Shown in pieces: positions 17,191 through 27,121 of a stretch of DNA of 64,000 nt. The notes below the pieces were generated by a model. The model was not told the DNA's origin. It worked only from the letters and a program-made list of their open reading frames with translations, and searched no databases. How positions within the stretch are numbered: position 1 is the first letter of the stretch; each line of letters begins with the position of its first letter. The translations under genes and the position numbers were made by a program. The stretch is from a virus (Duplodnaviria; Caudoviricetes): IMG/VR virus record IMGVR_UViG_3300027365_000007; one strand, given 5' to 3'.

Positions 17191-18007
17191 ACATTGAGCC
17201 TATAATAGTTGTTTTAATGTTATCCAGTGTTTTTTCTGAATGTTTCTTCTCATTGTTTATAAAAATGGATTTACTTGTAATATTTTTTATCACACTACAA
17301 ATATTATAAAACCTACAAACATGATATAGATGCAGTACATCGTTAGGCGTGAACTCAGTATCTGTTAATGCATTAAATAATTCTGGCCTATCTAGCCCTT
17401 GGGCGCTGCGCATATCTATAGATTTAACATAGTCTGTTGTATTAATAGATTCAACACTTCGTCCGAGACCAAATATCTTTTCACCTTCATTAGAAAGAAT
17501 AGGAACTGCCCATTGTTTGTCTGCGTTATAAAAATATACTGCACCTGTGATATTATGATCTTTCAAAATATTCAGAAACAAGTAAACGTACTCCATGTCA
17601 TTCAATACATGATCAACATCTAGTTTCCTTTCGTACAAGAATTGTTTCTTGTAATGAGTTTCTATGTTTTTATATTTTTCAGACAACACAAAATTAACAA
17701 ATGATTCTGGTATGCAAAGTAAATATCTATCATCGTCCAACACTATGTTATGTCTCTTTATATAGTTCTGTATATAATCAGTTCTTAAACCAGTCACCCA
17801 TTGATTTGAGTATGTACAATGTAACGCATGGTACCTATAAACATTATCACTATGAATGGACAGTCCTGCGTTGCGGAAGGATTCGGGATCTTTGAGCTTT
17901 ATGAGATTGGACATTTTTGAAAACTTTTTGAGTAAGCTTTTATTATCCACTGCATGCGATTCATATAACTTTCCACGGACTTTATTAACATCGATACGCT
18001 TATACAT
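17183..18007 (-). CDS. Hypothetical protein
   Basis: 274-aa ORF, coupled on both sides. Confidence 0.65.
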   Translation of the reverse strand: MYKRIDVNKVRGKLYESHAVDNKSLLKKFSKMSNLIKLKDPESFRNAGLSIHSDNVYRYHALHCTYSNQWVTGLRTDYIQNYIKRHNIVLDDDRYLLCIPESFVNFVLSEKYKNIETHYKKQFLYERKLDVDHVLNDMEYVYLFLNILKDHNITGAVYFYNADKQWAVPILSNEGEKIFGLGRSVESINTTDYVKSIDMRSAQGLDRPELFNALTDTEFTPNDVLHLYHVCRFYNICSVIKNITSKSIFINNEKKHSEKTLDNIKTTIIGSMYD

Positions 18008-18921
18008 TAATAGTACCCTCCTTCAACTATACCATTGTTGCCGTTCATAGTTTGACCCTCTAGAAGATTTTTAATATCCTCTTCTTTAAACATCATACCA
18101 ATTTCCGCATATTTCAATATTCGAGATATCTGATTCACATTATTCATAGCACACTCAGATACATCGCATTGATATATATTGTTTGTGTTTGCATATTGAG
18201 AATTAACTATACATTTATCCATATCATCAGACATATATTCAATAAAGAATTTTGTTTGGGATAAATCAAATGTACTTACCAGCTTACATGTATAAGCAAT
18301 CTTGTGATCAACCTTAACGGTCTTTGTCGTTTCTACTAGCTTTTTCTTTGATATGTTCACGTATTGTACATGTGGTATGGGCTTTCCTGTGTTTTCAACA
18401 TTTTGTATAGAAAATATATGGTTTTTGCCAAATTCAGACACCATAACCTGACTACCTTTATAAAAGGCGTATTGTCTTTGGTACTTAGGTAAAGGCAGAG
18501 ATTTTAGTTTATTTTTCAGCGGCTTAAAATTTAAACAAATCGTATTTTCTTTATCTTTGCTGCAATATATATTAAGCTTAAACTTATCTATTTCATCAAC
18601 ATAACATAATGATATGCTACTAGAGCTGGTTATATTAAAAAAGTTATCTAGTACAGGGGTGACTTTTTCTTCAAAATGTGACGATATAGAAAAGAAGTCT
18701 ACATCAGAACTGAAATACGCATTCATATCTTCAGGCGTCATTTCAATATCATTTTGGACCATATATAAACGCCTAGCATATCCACCAGCAAACGCAACAT
18801 ACGAGCGTTCAATCATATGGTTTAGAACATCAATGTCATCGATTTCTAGGAACCGCATTATGGTATTGACAATCACTTTATGGTTTTCTTTAAACAACGT
18901 TTTGAATTCTTCGTAATTCAT
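18007..18921 (-). CDS. Pol-beta-superfamily nucleotidyltransferase-like protein (start re-called at 18921)
   Basis: FAGGYARR...SSDVDFF...TFDLSQ motifs; GGAGG SD upstream of ATG 18921. Confidence 0.6.
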   Translation of the reverse strand: MNYEEFKTLFKENHKVIVNTIMRFLEIDDIDVLNHMIERSYVAFAGGYARRLYMVQNDIEMTPEDMNAYFSSDVDFFSISSHFEEKVTPVLDNFFNITSSSSISLCYVDEIDKFKLNIYCSKDKENTICLNFKPLKNKLKSLPLPKYQRQYAFYKGSQVMVSEFGKNHIFSIQNVENTGKPIPHVQYVNISKKKLVETTKTVKVDHKIAYTCKLVSTFDLSQTKFFIEYMSDDMDKCIVNSQYANTNNIYQCDVSECAMNNVNQISRILKYAEIGMMFKEEDIKNLLEGQTMNGNNGIVEGGYY

Positions 18922-18930
18922 TACAACCTC

Positions 18931-18969
18931 CAAATAAAAATAGCGTATCATGGATACGCTATTCGTCAA
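18931..18969 (-). terminator. Intrinsic terminator overlapping a sigma70-type promoter
   Basis: 11-bp inverted repeat AATAGCGTATC (18939-18949) / GATACGCTATT (18953-18963) followed by TTTTATTT on the minus strand. It overlaps TTGACG-N16-TACGCT. Confidence 0.6.
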
Positions 18970-18989
18970 CATTATATGTGTATATAAAT

Positions 18990-19754
18990 TTAAAGACCGG
19001 CAGACTTTAATACAGATGATATTGCTTTAGTTTCTTGGCTATGTTTCTTAAAAGCATATTGCCAGTATTCGGGGTCGATTATTTTATACATACACGAAAC
19101 GTCTTTATCAGTAAGAGTGGCGAGGAAACGTTTACCAGATTTAGTGTTGTAGACAAGCCAAGGGCTTATCTTACCTGTCCTCAGATTCGATACAATGCGC
19201 ATTTGACCGGCTTTCTCAAAGTAGGTATCCCATGACTCCTGATGCTCATCGGCCCACTTCTGCATGGTCTTAAGGGACTTCTCTATTGCGTAGTCGGGTT
19301 TTTCATTCTTCACCTTCTGAGATATATAGATCTCATACATGCTATCCTTCGTCCATTTATCTAATGGTACATTGTTCTTAATTAAGAAGTCGATATACTT
19401 TTCTGGTTCCAACATTTTCATATCCGCCACATAATGTCCAAATTTAATAAACCCGTTATAATACCTACTTGTAATAAACTCTTCGAAGCGTATGGGTTTT
19501 TTGCGTTGCTTGGCGCATTGTAATGTTTCGTAGAACTTTAAGTATGCCATAAAACCAATGCGCGAAAACAATTCCTCTTTACTATTAAGACGAATCTTAT
19601 TCTCACACTTATGGAAAAGCAACCCGCCTTCGGTTTTATATTTCTTTTTACATAAATCGCATTTGTATGTGTTTTTACTTCGTTTACCTTTTTTAATACT
19701 ATAATTATGGACTTTTTCAGACATAGATACTTCTCCGTGATATGCGATACTCAA
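18990..19754 (-). CDS. Zn-finger-containing hypothetical protein
   Basis: CDLCKKKYKTEGGLLFHKC zinc-finger-like motif. Confidence 0.7.
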   Translation of the reverse strand: MSIAYHGEVSMSEKVHNYSIKKGKRSKNTYKCDLCKKKYKTEGGLLFHKCENKIRLNSKEELFSRIGFMAYLKFYETLQCAKQRKKPIRFEEFITSRYYNGFIKFGHYVADMKMLEPEKYIDFLIKNNVPLDKWTKDSMYEIYISQKVKNEKPDYAIEKSLKTMQKWADEHQESWDTYFEKAGQMRIVSNLRTGKISPWLVYNTKSGKRFLATLTDKDVSCMYKIIDPEYWQYAFKKHSQETKAISSVLKSAGL

Positions 19755-19800
19755 TATGATTTTGGTGTTGTATATGTAGTTACAAACAAAGGACAGAAAA

Positions 19801-20292
19801 TTATATTATCTGTTTAACCTCTTTAAGTAACTTTTTCACGTCAGAATCGCTCCATCCGTAGCTTTCAGCCAAGCTAGTCCAAAAATCCTCTCCATAAATT
19901 TTATTTTTTTCCACCATCATTTGACATTCAGTCTCAGTCATATTTTCATCTGAGTACTCAAGCATAAGCTTTTGTAGTAATGATGTAGACTTTTTCGACT
20001 TAGGCGGTTTCACGAACGGCCTAAACGTCTTACCATTCCCTCTACACACACAGCAAAGGCGATAGAACAAGTCCTTGTTGTCATATAGTGATGTAAAATC
20101 CTTATTCAACACATCGTTCGTCGTAGCAAGAGCCTCCACATGGCTATTAGTGTTGTTCGTTGAACTTAGAAACTGCATAACGATGAATGGATCAAAGGCG
20201 TTGTAGTCTTCTTCAGAAAGTGAAGCAAGCCAATCCTTGTTGTTATCATCAATATTCTTTAGTACTTCTTTTATATCTAATCTCTTAGCCAT
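19801..20292 (-). CDS. Clamp-loader small subunit-like (gp62-like)
   Basis: FDPFIVMQFLS...NDVLN...LFYRL...FRPFVKPPK pattern; replication context. Confidence 0.55.
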   Translation of the reverse strand: MAKRLDIKEVLKNIDDNNKDWLASLSEEDYNAFDPFIVMQFLSSTNNTNSHVEALATTNDVLNKDFTSLYDNKDLFYRLCCVCRGNGKTFRPFVKPPKSKKSTSLLQKLMLEYSDENMTETECQMMVEKNKIYGEDFWTSLAESYGWSDSDVKKLLKEVKQII

Positions 20293-20301
20293 ATTCTCAC
20301 C

Positions 20302-20817
20302 TTACATGAAATCATTTGCAGACAATACGTTTGGAATCTTTGATGTCGAATGTGTGATATAGAGACACATAGGATTTTCAGTATTGTCATCAATAGGGAT
20401 AGCTAATGCTTGTCCATTCTTAATCTTAGGCAATACCCAATCATAATCCGTATATACCGTCTTCACCTTTATAGGAGCGAAGTAATGCCTGAAACCATCA
20501 ATAGGGTTGGTCACGATTACCGAAAAGTCTCTGGCATTTAATGCAGTCATTGGAATAATTTCAACTTCAGAAATGTCTTCTTCTCCAATAAATACCTGCC
20601 ACGCCAGCGGTAAGATAACAGTTCGACCCATAACATCACATTCAATTGCTGGTCCAGTGTAATCTTCGACGTAAACCAGACGCGGGAAAATAATATCGGA
20701 ACCATCATAGTTTTTTGCATCGGAGCCCATATCAACTACTGTGAATTGAGTTTCAGGTATTTCATCTTCGAGTTCCGTTAAATCAATTATATCTTTCTCA
20801 ACCGTCAATATATTCAT
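20302..20817 (-). CDS. Hypothetical protein
   Basis: ORF track. Confidence 0.7.
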   Translation of the reverse strand: MNILTVEKDIIDLTELEDEIPETQFTVVDMGSDAKNYDGSDIIFPRLVYVEDYTGPAIECDVMGRTVILPLAWQVFIGEEDISEVEIIPMTALNARDFSVIVTNPIDGFRHYFAPIKVKTVYTDYDWVLPKIKNGQALAIPIDDNTENPMCLYITHSTSKIPNVLSANDFM

Positions 20818-21119
20818 CGCTTCCCACCTTTAAATTCATCATCTTCTTTAAGCATCATTTCAATTAACCTATTAACTCTAGTTAACTCACGATCAAGAGA
20901 TGTGACGCGTTTGTTTAAATTGTTTATTATTCGTTGTTGATCAACTACATGCTTTCTTAATGTTCGGTTATCAGTATGCATGGTTTTCATATTACCATCT
21001 AACCGCAATACACTGTCACTCAGTCTTTTATATTTTTCATACAACTGTTTTTCGTCGTCTTCTTTTTTAGGTGGTATGTATTTAAAATCTTTTCCATACT
21101 GATCTTTCTTATCTACCAT
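20814..21119 (-). CDS. Coiled-coil hypothetical protein
   Basis: Heptad-like central segment. Confidence 0.6.
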   Translation of the reverse strand: MVDKKDQYGKDFKYIPPKKEDDEKQLYEKYKRLSDSVLRLDGNMKTMHTDNRTLRKHVVDQQRIINNLNKRVTSLDRELTRVNRLIEMMLKEDDEFKGGKR

Positions 21120-21122
21120 ATT

Positions 21123-23447
21123 TTACTCCAAGTCATCATCATATTCAGAAACTGCTTCTATGATATCTCGGTAGTTTCCTTCAAAACGATCATGTGGGTA
21201 TTCCGATTCATCATAGTAGTCAATGCGGGTTTTTAAATGCTTTTTACTGAACTTCGAATTTGATGATATATCCCATATATTAACAAAGTCTTTGTCTTTG
21301 GCAACCCTAATACCACGACCAATTGTTTGTATAACTCGGACAAATGATTTACCAGCTTCAATCATTACCAAATTGAATATTCGTGGAATATTAATACCAA
21401 CGGCAGCAACTTGATATGTTGCAATGATCACCTTATTATCAGATGTCTGTACACTTTTATATGTACTCTTTCTTTCTTTAACTTTCGTCTTGCCATATAC
21501 AAACGTTGAATCCGGTATCAAGTCATTTAGCATCTCACCTGCGGCAACGCTATTAACAAGCACTAGGGTATTACCAGTCTTATTAACTTCATTTACAAAT
21601 TCCGATATAAAATCAAGCCTTTCTTTATCTGTATTCAGAGACTTTGCCTCTTGGTCGTAAGAAGCATATTCCTTCTTGTCTTTAGTCACTACACAATGTA
21701 CATGGCATTTCGCCAGTATGCCTTTATCCTGAAGCTGTTTCGCTGTCACACGATTGACAACAGGCCCTACGTTACCAACAATAGACTTATAATCAAAAAT
21801 CTCTTTAGGCATAGTACCTGTGAATCCACGACGCAATGGCACATGTGGTAGATATTTTCCCAAAATTGTGTCCAGTGATTTACTTTTTGCTTGATGACAA
21901 TTAGAGACTACAACGCCTTCGGCGACGTAATTGTGGTCATTCTCAATATGTAAATTGTAAACTTTCTCAGGCTTCTCGATGTAAGTAATATCTTGAATTC
22001 CAAGATCTTTGCTTGATGCGACTATCTCACTCCTTTCAGAAAGTCTGTCTGCACGTTCCCATCCTTCAGTTGTAAGAAACTTGTGATTGCCTGTTACCTC
22101 GATATTATTCCCATCATTGAGTTGAACGTTTAACATATTTTCCGTTGAAGACGTTGTAAGGTTTTCGTGTACTTTGACCACACGATCTTCCTTAAACTCT
22201 CCGGTCTTTTCGGAAAAATTAATAACTATGTCACCTTCCTTTATATTTTCTATAGGAACCTCACCATACGGTGTTAGAATCTTCGTATGTCCTGCAAAGC
22301 ACTCATCCACAATAACTTCCACTACATTTTCCGTCATTGAGTGGAATACCTCAGCATTCTTGGACTCAATAATTTCGTTTAGTGATTGCCATGTTGTAAT
22401 AGTATGCGTTCTGTTAGGGTCTTTAACCTCACTGTAGTATACCCCAACATCCATACCTACCAATCTAAAGTCATCGGCAGTTTGCTCAACAAGACTTTGA
22501 GATGGTACGATAGTTAACGTCCTACCCATGTCTTCAACTACCTTACATACTGCTGCTGTAAGTAATGTGTTATGATGCAGAACACCATTAGCATCATAAT
22601 ATGCATTTGGGTATTCAACTGAAATGTCGTAAACGTCAACTTCTTCATCAGTTACATCTAAGTGCGTAATTTTTCGTATACCATGATCAGTATCGATGAG
22701 ACCATACTTTACAATCGTCGAAGCATTGACTGGAAGACCATTGTAGAAGCACTTATGCTCTGGGGAAACTTTTACTCGGTGGCCACCCTCGATAGTAAAA
22801 TCATATATTATTGATTTTTTCTTAGTCGCACCAAGAATCCTAGTCTTGCCATTAGGTGAGTCTAGATACATTTCTGTATCGTGATTAACTTTATATTCGT
22901 TTCCTTCTGTTTGTTCACCAACACGTGTAATCATATCGTAAAGATTTTTAATCTTAATGTTTCCTAGAGGATGAACATATAAGGGCATATCTCCCGCCAT
23001 ACACTTACCGAAACCAGTTGCTAGAACTTGGACACCATAACGATTGTCAGCGAAGATATTTGCAGCTTCAGTCTGATCATCACGTAAACGTATGGGTTGT
23101 CCTTCCATAATATGGCCTTCAGGCCATACATGATCTGCGAATATGTCGTTATCTATTTTAGGAACTGTTATTGAGGGGGTTTCCCTTTTATCTTCAAACT
23201 CAAATGTATACCCTGAATCTGCAATAATTGGAATAATATCTTCTAGAAGATTGATATACGTCTTACCATTCTTCTCGAAAAAACGAATACTACCATCCCA
23301 ACGACCTAATCGATACGCAGCCACATGGAAACGATAAGGCACTAAGTACTTCAATTTATCAATACATTGAGATGTCGTTTTATAATCCAAACCTTTAACT
23401 TGTGCACGAACCTCATCTATAAAAATAATCTTACACTTCTTGCTCAT
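21123..23447 (-). CDS. uvsW: UvsW-like SF2 helicase precursor containing two inteins
   Basis: After removing the inserts: TGFGK|T, TWQSL, VIVDE|CH, RGFTGT, ATYQVAAVGINIP and QTIGRGIR motifs. Confidence 0.92.
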   Translation of the reverse strand: MSKKCKIIFIDEVRAQVKGLDYKTTSQCIDKLKYLVPYRFHVAAYRLGRWDGSIRFFEKNGKTYINLLEDIIPIIADSGYTFEFEDKRETPSITVPKIDNDIFADHVWPEGHIMEGQPIRLRDDQTEAANIFADNRYGVQVLATGFGKCMAGDMPLYVHPLGNIKIKNLYDMITRVGEQTEGNEYKVNHDTEMYLDSPNGKTRILGATKKKSIIYDFTIEGGHRVKVSPEHKCFYNGLPVNASTIVKYGLIDTDHGIRKITHLDVTDEEVDVYDISVEYPNAYYDANGVLHHNTLLTAAVCKVVEDMGRTLTIVPSQSLVEQTADDFRLVGMDVGVYYSEVKDPNRTHTITTWQSLNEIIESKNAEVFHSMTENVVEVIVDECFAGHTKILTPYGEVPIENIKEGDIVINFSEKTGEFKEDRVVKVHENLTTSSTENMLNVQLNDGNNIEVTGNHKFLTTEGWERADRLSERSEIVASSKDLGIQDITYIEKPEKVYNLHIENDHNYVAEGVVVSNCHQAKSKSLDTILGKYLPHVPLRRGFTGTMPKEIFDYKSIVGNVGPVVNRVTAKQLQDKGILAKCHVHCVVTKDKKEYASYDQEAKSLNTDKERLDFISEFVNEVNKTGNTLVLVNSVAAGEMLNDLIPDSTFVYGKTKVKERKSTYKSVQTSDNKVIIATYQVAAVGINIPRIFNLVMIEAGKSFVRVIQTIGRGIRVAKDKDFVNIWDISSNSKFSKKHLKTRIDYYDESEYPHDRFEGNYRDIIEAVSEYDDDLE
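21900..22301 (-). mobile_element. Mini-intein 2 in the UvsW DExH box (134 aa)
   Basis: DE|CFAGHTKI...VTGNHKF...VYNLHIE...NYVAEGVVVSN|C. Confidence 0.92.
22569..23003 (-). mobile_element. Mini-intein 1 in UvsW Walker A (145 aa)
   Basis: GK|CMAGD...VSPEHK...VYDISVE...GVLHHN|T; no endonuclease domain. Confidence 0.9.
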
Positions 23448-23478
23448 TTAACACCTTTATTATTTTTTTAATAACAAA

Positions 23479-23506
23479 ATACTATCACGAAAGCCTAATC
23501 CGTCAA
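23479..23506 (-). promoter_or_regulatory. Sigma70-type promoter for uvsW (TTGACG-N16-TAGTAT, extended TG)
   Basis: Read directly from the minus strand of the divergent intergenic region. Confidence 0.55.
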
Positions 23507-23516
23507 TGGTTCATCC

Positions 23517-23524
23517 CATAAATA
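23517..23524 (+). promoter_or_regulatory. Late-promoter variant CATAAATA
   Basis: 26 nt upstream of the structural gene at 23550. Confidence 0.5.
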
Positions 23525-23549
23525 CTGTAATAAAAAGGAATGAATTTTC

Positions 23550-24533
23550 ATGTCAAATCTTAAAAAAGGCTCTACCGTAGGCGGGTTTGGGATTGTCTCA
23601 GAACTCGACAAAGATCAACATGTCCATCATGTATCAGAAATTGATGGATTGGGTGGTGGTGCGAGTGTAGACACTGGTCCGGGTAGTGGTTTTGACGCAG
23701 ATACATTGAACAGTCTTCATTATACTGACATAGCTTCTAATTTTGTCAACCGCGACGGCGATACCATCGTGGGCGGTGTGTCATTAACAGATGTCCAGAC
23801 TAGTGATTTTTCTGCTACAAGTAGAAACCACGCATTAACATACATGAATAATGAAGTGATTATTGACGCCCCCAGCGTTCCACTAGTCAGTATAAGCCCA
23901 ACATGTAACCTCACATATGATACAACCAACCAAGTGGTTGATTTCTCTGGTGGAGATATACTTATTGGTGGTACACGTTACCATTTCAATACACTTAGCT
24001 TAAGCTTAGCGCCCGTGGCATCAACAACCTTTTATATATATGCGTATCTAAACTCAGGGACTTTAGAACTTGTCACTGAAGAAGGTTTTATTGAACATTC
24101 ATTTAGACGTATCCATTTGGGGACAATATCATTTGATAGCAATTCTCAATTGGATACAGTAAACCAAAGAGCCCTTTTGTGTAATTTAGACGGTATTTCA
24201 TTGCGTGAAGATGCCGCGCCTTACTCGGCAGTACTGAGTGATCCATCCGGTAATGTTGACCCAAGTTGGTTCAATTTCACTACCAGTGCTTCTGCTGACA
24301 CAATTAATCTACAAGGTAATACGACCGTTACCTCTGGAACCACAAACACCTATACCATAACTGATTATGATTCATATTCAGTATATTTTACTAATACTGA
24401 CCAAGGCACAACATCATTAGATGGTGATCAAATAACATTTAATGCACCCGTGGTTACAGAGCCCACTAATGTTCTACTTACTGTGAATCGAAATATAAGC
24501 TCTATACAATTTGTCATCGAGGTACTTCCATAA
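23550..24533 (+). CDS. Virion structural/tail-associated protein
   Basis: GSGFDADTLN fibre motif; paralogous to the 26001 gene. Confidence 0.65.
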   Translation: MSNLKKGSTVGGFGIVSELDKDQHVHHVSEIDGLGGGASVDTGPGSGFDADTLNSLHYTDIASNFVNRDGDTIVGGVSLTDVQTSDFSATSRNHALTYMNNEVIIDAPSVPLVSISPTCNLTYDTTNQVVDFSGGDILIGGTRYHFNTLSLSLAPVASTTFYIYAYLNSGTLELVTEEGFIEHSFRRIHLGTISFDSNSQLDTVNQRALLCNLDGISLREDAAPYSAVLSDPSGNVDPSWFNFTTSASADTINLQGNTTVTSGTTNTYTITDYDSYSVYFTNTDQGTTSLDGDQITFNAPVVTEPTNVLLTVNRNISSIQFVIEVLP

Positions 24534-26011
24534 TGAAGATTAATTCAGAATGCATATATAAAAGCAAACCAACTCGTGATCGAGTAATATCTACTTATAA
24601 ACCGTCTTCTTTATGTAACGATGGAAAGGTATATATTGCAGGTGGAGAAATATCTGGAAGACAATCGAGATGTATATTTTACTACGACATCTCTTTACGT
24701 GAGATCAAACGACTTCCCGATATGCCGGTTGACAAGGCATTAATAATAAAAATAAACGATAATATAGGATTATGTGGATATAATGGGGAAGTGTTTGAAT
24801 TAGATAATAAGACGTGGGTTAAAATAAATGATGTACAATTAATTGGTAATGAACATAAATCGGTTTTAACTGAAACTAAGCAATATGTTATATCGAATGG
24901 AGCATTGTGCGAATTGACACCTGAAGGCTTACGCATTGTCTATGAATCATCAATTATATCCCCGAACAATTATATCCCATCTATAGACAAAGATATAATA
25001 TACTTTAAAGACGGTAAATACGACTTAAAAGATAATACACTTGTCAAGAACAGCTATACTGGCGACTATATTGCGTATGAAGAACCCTTTTATTCTGAAT
25101 ATGATCCTGTTATTGATAAAAAGAATGCATTAATAGTGGGGCATGATAACCCACTCACATTCATAGCATTTGCTACGTTTCCTGACAACACTTGGGTTAG
25201 AGACTATATGTCTGAAAAGCCAGAATCATTGTCTCCCGGTATTAAGATATGTTTACCTCAGAACCAATTTTACATAGCCGAAGACAATGAAAAATATCAT
25301 AATGTATATAAATTTGATTTTAAGTCTCATAAATTCACGAAAGTATTGTCTATAGAACTTAGTGAACATAGTTATAGTCAAAATATACAATATAACCATA
25401 ATAAGCCACTACCCATATGGTTCGAGAACGACATAGCTTTGGCTGGTAGGGGCGGACGTTATTACGATAATAACGAATTTGACAACTCGATCTATAAAAG
25501 TAGTGATGATGTGTTTGAATTATCATTGAATATCGAGAATGCTTTATATGACTATCATAATAAACAATCGTTATCTATAGCTGATATAAACAATCAAAAG
25601 TTATATCGTGTTAATACAGATACTAAAGATATTAATATCTATGATGTACCATTTGATATATATTTCACGGAACAATTTAGAGACTATGGTGATGTTGTTA
25701 CTATCACAACAAATAGAAAATCTCAACTCTATGATATAAAGAAGAATGTGTTTATCAGCAACCTTGAATACGATGAAGTAAGTGCATTATGCTCAGACCG
25801 ATACTTTTCTTATAGCCTGTTCGAAGATGGTGCTTTGTACTTACGCAGAGAATCATATTCTAAAGTCACTAATGATGTGATCAAGCTACCTATAGACATT
25901 GAAAACTCATCGATGAGTAACATGTCATTGCATAAGGCTGAAAACTATTTAATTTTATACATTGAATATCTAAATGATTGGGAAATACATAGGATTGTAA
26001 TTGATGAGTAA
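24533..26011 (+). CDS. Beta-propeller (Kelch-like) protein
   Basis: GKVYIAGG...YDISLREIKRLPDMP Kelch-like repeat; Tyr/Asp/Asn-rich. Confidence 0.55.
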   Translation: MKINSECIYKSKPTRDRVISTYKPSSLCNDGKVYIAGGEISGRQSRCIFYYDISLREIKRLPDMPVDKALIIKINDNIGLCGYNGEVFELDNKTWVKINDVQLIGNEHKSVLTETKQYVISNGALCELTPEGLRIVYESSIISPNNYIPSIDKDIIYFKDGKYDLKDNTLVKNSYTGDYIAYEEPFYSEYDPVIDKKNALIVGHDNPLTFIAFATFPDNTWVRDYMSEKPESLSPGIKICLPQNQFYIAEDNEKYHNVYKFDFKSHKFTKVLSIELSEHSYSQNIQYNHNKPLPIWFENDIALAGRGGRYYDNNEFDNSIYKSSDDVFELSLNIENALYDYHNKQSLSIADINNQKLYRVNTDTKDINIYDVPFDIYFTEQFRDYGDVVTITTNRKSQLYDIKKNVFISNLEYDEVSALCSDRYFSYSLFEDGALYLRRESYSKVTNDVIKLPIDIENSSMSNMSLHKAENYLILYIEYLNDWEIHRIVIDE

Positions 26012-26954
26012 TTTACCAAATAATACAACAATAGATGGTTATAAAATTATAACTGCTGATGAGAGTAATAATCATCGCCACGATGCCAGTGAAATTATCG
26101 GCCTGAGTGAAGATGCTATCGGTGATTCATTCGTATATGCTGAGTATATCGATGGTGTGTCATATAGTGATATGCAAAACCAATTCATATCTGAATCGAA
26201 CAATACTATGACCGGCGACTTGACTGTTCCCAATACTAGTACATCTGGTGATAATATCATTAATGTGTTCGAATTAGATTCTATAAAAATATCTAAGAAT
26301 ATTGAGGACTATGATATAACTGATTTGCCCCCTGTCGAAGAAGAGAATACTGCTATCCAAAGTATAATGGTTGTCGGTGAGTCTGGAAATATTCACAACT
26401 CTTGGATACCATTTGGTTTGCCAAAAAGCGATATATCTGTAAATGGCCCGAAATACGTACAAACAGATACTACATATCAACTACAAATAACAAATTATAA
26501 TAGTTTTAGCAATTATAACGTAAGCACAGATGTAGGTACTGTCGATATAGACCAAAATGGTTTGATTACGTTGAACACCCCTTCGAGTACCCCTAGTAAT
26601 CAAACCATTACGGTTACGGTCTCAGACCTTACCAACTCCATTGATAAGGTATTAGAAATAAGCACTGGTATGAACATCTTATATTCTGACGATAACGTTG
26701 AATATACGGATTTACCTGCTGGTGGTATTTTTATAACAGAACCATCCGAATTCTATCTAAAGCTCGGCAACTATTATCCTTTGGGTTATAGTTATACAGC
26801 AAGTACTGACTTACCTTCGCTAACGGTAACTTTACAAAACTATATTGTGATCGTAACACCACCTAGTAGCAATAGTACAGAACTGTCTGGATCAATCACC
26901 ATTGATAGAGGTGACACGTCTGAGACTATAGATATAATCATTTCAGTGTATTAG
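26001..26954 (+). CDS. Virion structural protein, paralog of the 23550 gene
   Basis: Shared N-terminal MSNL...HxHxxSEIxGL and Ig-like ITxYxSxS modules. Confidence 0.65.
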   Translation: MMSNLPNNTTIDGYKIITADESNNHRHDASEIIGLSEDAIGDSFVYAEYIDGVSYSDMQNQFISESNNTMTGDLTVPNTSTSGDNIINVFELDSIKISKNIEDYDITDLPPVEEENTAIQSIMVVGESGNIHNSWIPFGLPKSDISVNGPKYVQTDTTYQLQITNYNSFSNYNVSTDVGTVDIDQNGLITLNTPSSTPSNQTITVTVSDLTNSIDKVLEISTGMNILYSDDNVEYTDLPAGGIFITEPSEFYLKLGNYYPLGYSYTASTDLPSLTVTLQNYIVIVTPPSSNSTELSGSITIDRGDTSETIDIIISVY

Positions 26955-26961
26955 ACGACAG

Positions 26962-26984
26962 AATGTAGCAAAATGCTACATTTC
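26962..26984 (+). terminator. Probable terminator
   Basis: AATGTAGCA-AAA-TGCTACATT hairpin followed by T residues. Confidence 0.5.
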
Positions 26985-27005
26985 AATATGTTCCTTCTAT
27001 CAATG

Positions 27006-27082
27006 TATAAATATAATCAGAAGGAGCAATAGTTCCTTTTTAAATAACATACTATATTTCACTAGATTTATAGCTATAAATA
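27006..27082 (+). promoter_or_regulatory. Two tandem late promoters (TATAAATA at 27006-27013 and 27075-27082)
   Basis: Two exact motifs in the intergenic region upstream of a strongly codon-biased structural gene. Confidence 0.7.
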
Positions 27083-27121
27083 AGAAAGTAAATTGATCAA
27101 TTAACTAGGAGATAAATTCTT

